64,000 bases of DNA from an uncultured Gemmatimonadaceae bacterium (GTDB taxonomy: Bacteria; Gemmatimonadota; Gemmatimonadetes; Gemmatimonadales; Gemmatimonadaceae), in the NCBI GenBank assembly GCA_963790305.1, contig CAWBOC010000007.1, positions 128,001-192,000 of the forward strand. The letters are read 5' to 3'. The notes below the pieces were generated by a model that searched no databases, was not told the DNA's origin, and worked only from the letters and a program-made list of their open reading frames with translations. The stretch's first letter is position 1. Every line of letters starts with the position of its first letter. Below are positions 58,134-64,000 of this stretch, in pieces. A program made the position numbers and the translations under genes.

Positions 58134-59372
58134 ATGCGCAGCATCCTCTTCGCCTCGCTCGCGGCACTCGCCTGCGAGCCAAACGCCAGCGCGCGCGCCT
58201 CGCAGCTCGCGACCGCCGGTTCCACCTCGCAGACCACCGCGCGGTCAGAGTCAGCCGCCCCGCAGAAACCGCAGATCCCGGATACCGCTCGGCGCGCAGA
58301 TAGCGCAATCGTGCGCGGTCTCTACGTGCTGCGCTGGGCGGCACAGAGCCCGGCCCGCATGCAGAAGCTGATCGCCATCGCCGATTCCACGGAGATCAAC
58401 GCGCTCGTCATCGACATCAAGGACGAGTTCGGTTTGAACTACCGGTCGTCGGACACGCTCGTCGCGCGCAACGCCGGCACGGCAGGGACGATTCCGAATC
58501 TTCGCGCGATGATCGATACGATGAAGGCGCACGGGATCACTCCGATCGCGCGCATTGTCGTCTTCAAGGATTCGGTCGCGGCGCGATTGAATCCGCAGCA
58601 TACGATCCGCAAGGCGGACGGCGGCGTCTGGCGCGACAAGGAAGGTCTCGCCTGGGTGAGCGCCTACGATCCGAAGATATGGGAGTACAACATTCGCGTC
58701 GCCGAGGACATGGCGCGTGCCGGGTTCGGGGAGGTTCAGTTCGACTACATCCGCTTCCCCGAGCCGTATCCCAGTCTGCCGAAGCAGGTCTTCCCGACGG
58801 CGAATGGTCGCAGCAAGCAACAGGCCCTCGCGGAGTTCCTTCGCACCGCATGCCCACGCGTGCGCGCCCTCGGCGCCAAGTGCACCATCGACGTATTCGG
58901 GCTGACGACGACCGTCCCCGGCGCGCTCGAGATCGGCCAGCACTGGGAATCCTTATCGCCGCACGTCGACGTCATGCTTCCAATGACGTATCCATCGCAC
59001 TATCCGCGTGGGGCCTTCGGCATCGCGCGGCCAAACGCCGAGCCCTACCGCGTGAACCACGTCGCGATCAAGCGCGCGCGTGAGCGTGACGAGAAGCTGG
59101 GCATCGACGATCCGGGTCACGTGCGTGCCTGGCTCCAGGCTTTCTCACTTCCGCGGATGGTGCCGAAGTATGGCGCGCGGGAGCTCGAGGAGCAGAAGCG
59201 CGCGATCTACGACGCGGGGTACGACTCGTGGATCCTGTGGAATCCGGGGTCACGCTACGAGTCGTTCATGCCCGCGTTCGAGAAGACGACGGAGTCGCGA
59301 CGCAAACGTGCCGACGTGCCGGCCGCACCGACGCCGGTGGTTGCGCCGGCGGCCGAGCCGAAGGGCTCCTGA
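58134..59372 (+). CDS. Putative glycoside hydrolase (DUF4015-like) lipoprotein
   Basis: INALVIDIKD, ARIVVFKD, VQFDYIRFP, PMTYPSHY, WLQAF, WNP. Confidence 0.85.
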   Translation: MRSILFASLAALACEPNASARASQLATAGSTSQTTARSESAAPQKPQIPDTARRADSAIVRGLYVLRWAAQSPARMQKLIAIADSTEINALVIDIKDEFGLNYRSSDTLVARNAGTAGTIPNLRAMIDTMKAHGITPIARIVVFKDSVAARLNPQHTIRKADGGVWRDKEGLAWVSAYDPKIWEYNIRVAEDMARAGFGEVQFDYIRFPEPYPSLPKQVFPTANGRSKQQALAEFLRTACPRVRALGAKCTIDVFGLTTTVPGALEIGQHWESLSPHVDVMLPMTYPSHYPRGAFGIARPNAEPYRVNHVAIKRARERDEKLGIDDPGHVRAWLQAFSLPRMVPKYGARELEEQKRAIYDAGYDSWILWNPGSRYESFMPAFEKTTESRRKRADVPAAPTPVVAPAAEPKGS

Positions 59373-59375
59373 CCG

Positions 59376-60605
59376 TCAGCGGGCTTTCGCGATGGCGCGG
59401 ACGCCCTCTACCAATCGATCGACGTCGCTTTCGGTGGTGTAGCAGGCGCACCCCGCGCGCACGAGCCCGTCGCGCGCGTGGCCGAGCCGGGCCGCAACCG
59501 TGGATGCATAGAAGTCCCCGTGCGTCGCGAATACCGCGCGGTCCGCCAGCTGCCTGACGACAGCCTCCGCCTGAACGCCCTCGACGACAAAGCAGGCGGT
59601 CGGCGTCCTGGGCGTGTCCGGTTGTGGGCCGTACAGTCGCACACCGGCTATCGATGATAGACCCTTCCATGCGCGGCTGAGCAGTGCATTCCCGCGCGTG
59701 TGGAGAGCATCGAACGACGCCTGGAGCCGCTGCCGACGTGGACCCGTTGTGCGCGCGAGCGAGGCCAGGAACTCAACCGCCGCCGCCGCGCCGGCGATGC
59801 CCTCATGATTCTGGGTTCCTGTCTCGAAGCGTTCCGGCGCCGTGTTCGGCGCGGGCGGGAGCTTGGGAACGTCGAGCGATGAAAGCAGGTCATGGCGGCC
59901 CCACATGACTCCCACGTGCGGACCGTAGAACTTGTAGGCCGAGCAGGCGAGGAAATCGCATCCAAGCGTGCGAACGTCGATCAGCATGTGGGGGGCGTAG
60001 TGCACTGCATCGCAAAAGGTGATCGCTCCAACTGCTCGCGCGAGCGGCACGACGCGGGCGACGTCGGTGATGGTCCCCAGCGCGTTCGATGCTGCGCCGA
60101 TTGCCACGACGCGCGTACGCGGTCCAATCAGCGCGGCAAGGGCATCGAGATCCAGCGTGCCGTCCTCGGTGCGCATCGGCGCGATCTTTACCGTCAGCGA
60201 GTTCTCTTTGGCGGCCTCCACCCACGGCGCCACGTTGGCCTGATGGTCGAGCTCGGTGACGATGAGCTCGTCGCCAGCGGTGAACGTTCGCGCCAGTGCG
60301 CGAGCGATGTGGAAGGTCAGCGTCGTCATGTTGGCGCCGAAGGCGATCTCCTCCGGCGCGCCACCGACGAAGTCGGCCAGCGTCGCTCGCGACGCCTCGA
60401 GCATTGCATCGGTCTCAGCGCTCGAGGGATAGTGCCAATACGTATTGGCGTTGTGCTCGAACAGATACTCGGTGATCGCATCGACCACCTCGAGCGGAAC
60501 CTGGGTACCGCCGGGGCCGTCGAAATACGCCACACGCTCGCCGGAGTGTAGCCGCGAGAGCGCCGGAAATCGCGCGCGAATCTCCTCGACGCTCGCGACG
60601 CTCAT
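59376..60605 (-). CDS. Cysteine desulfurase-like (class V PLP) protein
   Basis: YFDGPGGTQ, LDHQAN, DAVHYAPH, SAYKFYGPH, ETGT. Confidence 0.9.
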   Translation of the reverse strand: MSVASVEEIRARFPALSRLHSGERVAYFDGPGGTQVPLEVVDAITEYLFEHNANTYWHYPSSAETDAMLEASRATLADFVGGAPEEIAFGANMTTLTFHIARALARTFTAGDELIVTELDHQANVAPWVEAAKENSLTVKIAPMRTEDGTLDLDALAALIGPRTRVVAIGAASNALGTITDVARVVPLARAVGAITFCDAVHYAPHMLIDVRTLGCDFLACSAYKFYGPHVGVMWGRHDLLSSLDVPKLPPAPNTAPERFETGTQNHEGIAGAAAAVEFLASLARTTGPRRQRLQASFDALHTRGNALLSRAWKGLSSIAGVRLYGPQPDTPRTPTACFVVEGVQAEAVVRQLADRAVFATHGDFYASTVAARLGHARDGLVRAGCACYTTESDVDRLVEGVRAIAKAR

Positions 60606-61496
60606 GTGCCGATCTCGACGCCGGCGGTGCGCTCGATGACTCGCACGGCCTCGACGTGATCGGCCTCTTCGCCGAGCTCCGCGCGCGCGGCATGAAACAG
60701 CTCCGACGCGAGCTGCGTGAGCGGCGCCGGCAACGCCGGCCTCCCGGGCCATATCGGCGGCGATTCGAAGGTCCTTCTCGAGCAGCGCGAGACGGAAGGT
60801 GCGCGGAAACGCACGAGACAGCACACGCTCGGGGAACAGGTTCATGCTCGTGTTGGATCGTCCGCTCGAGGTGTTGATGACGTCGAGGGCGATGCGCGTA
60901 TCGACCCCGGCCTTCGCCAGCGTCGCCAGCCCTTCGCCTGTTGCCCAGATGTGGATGGCGAGCAGCGCCTGATTGACCGCCTTCACCATGTCCCCTGCCC
61001 CGACGTCCCCGCAGTGCACGATGTTCTTTCCGAACGAAGCGAGGATGGGGCGAATACGCTCGACGACGGCGACATCGCCTCCGCACATGACGGTGAGCGT
61101 CCCCTCCTCCGCGCCGCGCTTTCCGCCACTCACCGGCGCATCGACGAACGCGACGCCGCGCTCGAGAAGGCGTGACGCAATGCGACGTGACGTCACGGGA
61201 TCGCCGGAGGTGCAATCGACGAGCGTGGCGCCGCGGCGGAGTCCGGCGAGCAAGCCATCGTCACCATCGAGCAGGCCCTCGACCTCGCGCGACGTCGGCA
61301 GGCAGGTAATGACCACATCCGATTCACGCGCCGCGTCGGCAGGCGTCCGCGCGACGCGTGCGCGCACCGACTTCGCCAATCGATCGGCCCGCTCGCGCGT
61401 ACGGTTCCAGACGACGAGATCGAAACCGTGGGCCGGCAGGTGCTGAGCCATGGGCGCGCCGATGGCGCCGAGGCCGAGAAAGGCGATGGTGGGCAT
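60602..61496 (-). CDS. 3-hydroxyisobutyrate dehydrogenase-family NAD(P) oxidoreductase, frameshift near 60745
   Basis: FLGLGAIG, DAPVSGG, KAVNQ; expected C-terminus (ELFHAARAELGEEADH) in another frame ending at 60602. Confidence 0.88.
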
Positions 61497-61540
61497 GGGA
61501 GGCGGCAAGTTGGCGCATCGCGGGGTCGGGGGCCAGAGGC

Positions 61541-61580
61541 CGAATGCGGAAAGCGGAATGCGGAATGCGGAATGCGGATT
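61541..61580 (+). repeat. CGGAATG heptamer array (left arm)
   Basis: cgaatgcggaaagcggaatgcggaatgcggaatgcggatt. Confidence 0.9.
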
Positions 61581-61613
61581 GAAGGCGATCGCCCCTCAGG
61601 ACAACTTGCGCTC

Positions 61614-61849
61614 ATGCGGACGACGCTCCGTCTCGATCTTCCTTCCATCCACGCCGTGCGCGCGGTCTACACAGCGCTGCAAGGCATCGAGGGCATCGCG
61701 CGGGCCGACGTGTCACGGCGCGGGGCGACCATCGAGCATGATGGCGGAGCGACTGCGGAGCGGCTCCGCCATGCCGTCGCGCAACCGCTGGGTATGAGGT
61801 CCTCGAGATCCACGAGGAACGACGGCGACTGACCGTGAGAGACGACTAG
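61614..61849 (+). CDS. Small HMA-fold-like protein without CxxC, frameshift near 61780
   Basis: AVYTALQGIEGIARADV...LRHAV, then AGYEV...RRRL in a shifted frame. Confidence 0.6.
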
Positions 61850-61912
61850 ATGCGAAAATGCGGATCGCCGTTGTCGGCAATCCGCATTCCGCATTCCGCA
61901 TTCCGCATTCTC
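61850..61912 (-). repeat. Inverted CATTCCG heptamer array (right arm) with local hairpin
   Basis: atgcgaaaatgcggat...aatccgcattccgcattccgcattccgcattctcg. Confidence 0.9.
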
Positions 61913-61919
61913 GCGATCT

Positions 61920-62897
61920 CTAAGTCGCAAACCGCGTCAGCCCCTTCTTGTAGCTCTCGACCACGAGGGGGAGATACTTCGAGACCGGCGTGTATTGCAC
62001 TCCGAGCTCGTGCTGGGCGTGCGTCCCGTCGGCGCGGAAGCCGATCGAGGTGAAGCGCGCCTCATCGATCGACAAGACCGGACGCTTGCCTAACGCGAGC
62101 CCCAGGGCGGTCGCGATGTAGGCACTGGCCACGGCCAGCTTGCGCGGCAGCGGAAACGGCGGACGCTTTCCCGCCAGCCGCGCGACCTTCGCCAGGAACT
62201 GTCGGGGAGACATGGTCTCGCCGGAGAGGATGTAGCGCTCGCCGTCCTTCCCGCGCTCGAAGGCAAGGATGATCGCCTCGGCCGCATCGTAGGCCCAGAT
62301 CCACCCGACCGGCGCATTGCCCGCGAATCGGCGCTGACCGGTGAGCGTCTCGCTGATCATGCGGCCGCACCAGCCCGGATCGGCAGGGCTGACGATGATC
62401 CCCGGATTGACGACGATGACCTCGATGCCCTTCGCCCGGAGCTTCAGCGCCGTCTTCTCGGCCGCGACCTTGGTGCGCTCGAAGTGCGAGAGCGTCCACC
62501 CGCGGTGGTGCGTCCACTCGTTGCCGAGCTGGCCGGGAAACTCGCCAATCGTCACGCACGACGAGACGTACACGGCGCGCGGGACCTTGGCGACGACGGC
62601 AGCCGCCAGCGTGTTCTTCGTACCGTCGACGTTCACGGTATCGAACACGCCAGGCTTGCGGGCCCAGAGATCGAAGAAGTTCGCGACATGAAACACCACG
62701 TCGCATCCCTTCATGGCTTTCACGAGGACGTCGGGATTGGTGAGGTCGCCCACGACAGGCTGCGCCTTGAGGTTCTCCATCAAGGTGACGCCATTGCGGC
62801 GCCGGACCAACCCAACCACCCGATGCCCGCGGCGAGTGAGCGCGCTCACCAAGGCGCGTCCCAAGGGGCTCGCCGCCCCGGTCACAAACGCTCGCAT
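61920..62897 (-). CDS. NAD-dependent epimerase/dehydratase (dihydroflavonol reductase/HpnA-like)
   Basis: FVTGAASPLG, VFHVA, NVDGT, FERTK, GERYIL. Confidence 0.85.
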   Translation of the reverse strand: MRAFVTGAASPLGRALVSALTRRGHRVVGLVRRRNGVTLMENLKAQPVVGDLTNPDVLVKAMKGCDVVFHVANFFDLWARKPGVFDTVNVDGTKNTLAAAVVAKVPRAVYVSSCVTIGEFPGQLGNEWTHHRGWTLSHFERTKVAAEKTALKLRAKGIEVIVVNPGIIVSPADPGWCGRMISETLTGQRRFAGNAPVGWIWAYDAAEAIILAFERGKDGERYILSGETMSPRQFLAKVARLAGKRPPFPLPRKLAVASAYIATALGLALGKRPVLSIDEARFTSIGFRADGTHAQHELGVQYTPVSKYLPLVVESYKKGLTRFAT

Positions 62898-63111
62898 TGG
62901 CACCTCCAACCTATGGGAGGGACGCAGTAGAAACGCGCGCGTCACTCGTGGATCGACACCGTTGCACAATGCGCGAACGCTTGATTCGCGCATTGCCGCG
63001 CGGGTATCTTGACGCCCCCGAATCGCTCGCGCTTCCACATTCGGGCGCCCTCTGGGCAGGGTGCGCGCGCGAACCAGACCGAATCAGGCCGAAACGACGA
63101 GGTCCGTCGCG

Positions 63112-64000
63112 ATGGCATCCCCGAAGGAAGAGCGACCGGTCGCGGCGCTGCTCGCCCCCGACATCCTGGCGCTGCTCGATGAATCGCCGGCCGATGTCGC
63201 GGCCGAGACCGAAGAGCTGCATCCCGCCAATCTCGCCGACATCGCCGAGGCGCTGCCTCGCGAGCGCCTCGCGCAGCTCATGCGCGCGCTTCCCGCGGCG
63301 CGGGCGGCCGATGTGCTCGAGTATCTCGACGAGGAGCTGCGATCGGAGCTGCTCGAGGAGCTGAGCGCGCGGCAGGCGGCCGAGCTGGTGTCGCAGATGA
63401 CACCGGACGATCGTGCCGACGCACTCGAGGATCTCGAGGAGGGGCGCGCCGACGAGATCCTTTCGGAAATCGCCGGCGACGCGCGGGGGGAGACCGAGCG
63501 GCTGCTGGCGTACGAGCCGGACACTGCCGGTGGCCTGATGACGACGGAGGTCGTCGCGGTCCCGGACGCCGCCTCGGTCGACGCCGCGCTCGAGAGCGTT
63601 CGAGCCGCCGCCCGCGCGGGACGGAGGGAGGCGATGTACGCCATCTACGCACTCGATGCTACGGGTGTGCTCCGCGGTGTATTCTCGCTGCGCGAGCTGC
63701 TCGCCGCTCCACCGGGGTCGCGCGTGTCCGACATCTCGTGGCACGACGTCGTCAGCGTGCCCCCCAGCGCGGATCGCGAGGAGGTCGCGCGACTCACCTC
63801 GAAGTACGATCTCGTCGCCGTCCCTGTAGTCGACCCGAATGGTCGGTTGCTCGGCGCCGTTACCGTCGATGACGTCATCGACGCGATCGTCGAGGAGCAG
63901 ACGGAGGATGTGCAGCGACTCGGCGCCGTCGAGCCGCTCGAGGCGCCCTACTTTCAGGCGAGCTTCTGGAGCATCGCGCGCAAGCGGGCGGGGTGGCTGG
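63112..64000 (+). CDS. mgtE: Magnesium transporter MgtE, truncated by window end
   Basis: ELHPANLA, MTPDDRAD, TAGGLMTTE, CBS pair, VTVDDVID, EEQTED, KRAGWL. Confidence 0.92.
   Translation, partial: MASPKEERPVAALLAPDILALLDESPADVAAETEELHPANLADIAEALPRERLAQLMRALPAARAADVLEYLDEELRSELLEELSARQAAELVSQMTPDDRADALEDLEEGRADEILSEIAGDARGETERLLAYEPDTAGGLMTTEVVAVPDAASVDAALESVRAAARAGRREAMYAIYALDATGVLRGVFSLRELLAAPPGSRVSDISWHDVVSVPPSADREEVARLTSKYDLVAVPVVDPNGRLLGAVTVDDVIDAIVEEQTEDVQRLGAVEPLEAPYFQASFWSIARKRAGWL

Noticed and set aside
59376..61508. Apparent 710-aa dehydrogenase-cysteine desulfurase fusion
   Set aside because: The dehydrogenase C-terminus is in another frame and stops at 60602, overlapping the desulfurase ATG (ATGA); the fusion results from a frameshift near 60745

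Overview
GC-rich bacterial chromosomal window, most likely Gemmatimonadota (inferred from gene content: Ser/Thr kinase-TolB-TPR, BTAD-TPR regulator, PadR/ADOP pair, many secreted lipoproteins). In order it holds: a surface-glycan locus (wzt/wzm, two PP-loop enzymes, glycosyltransferases; 1-11.3 kb); small regulator modules with readable operators (ArsR-SRPBCC, PadR-ADOP, BlaI-M56/HEAT, two-component systems; 11-28 kb); secreted and redox lipoproteins (FN3, cupredoxin, CxxCH protein, DUF3500, Kelch, redoxin/DsbD; 28-42 kb); LytS/LytTR and a kinase; two CCA-less tRNAs; and housekeeping genes (dehydratase, rnz, tandem subtilases, thioesterase, desulfurase-like, mgtE). Two signals stand out. (1) A probable undescribed structured RNA co-transcribed behind tRNA-Ala(CGC): two tandem hairpins with a near-invariant 25-nt core, compensatorily changed stems, and a promoter and terminator bounding the transcript. 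(2) A dispersed set of short-tandem-repeat inverted elements in four sequence families; one family brackets a four-helix-bundle (IVP/bAvd-like) gene and another brackets a small HMA-like gene. About ten genes carry frameshifts, which points to long-read indel errors, so split genes should be read with caution. All calls are from motif reading by eye; no database searches were run.
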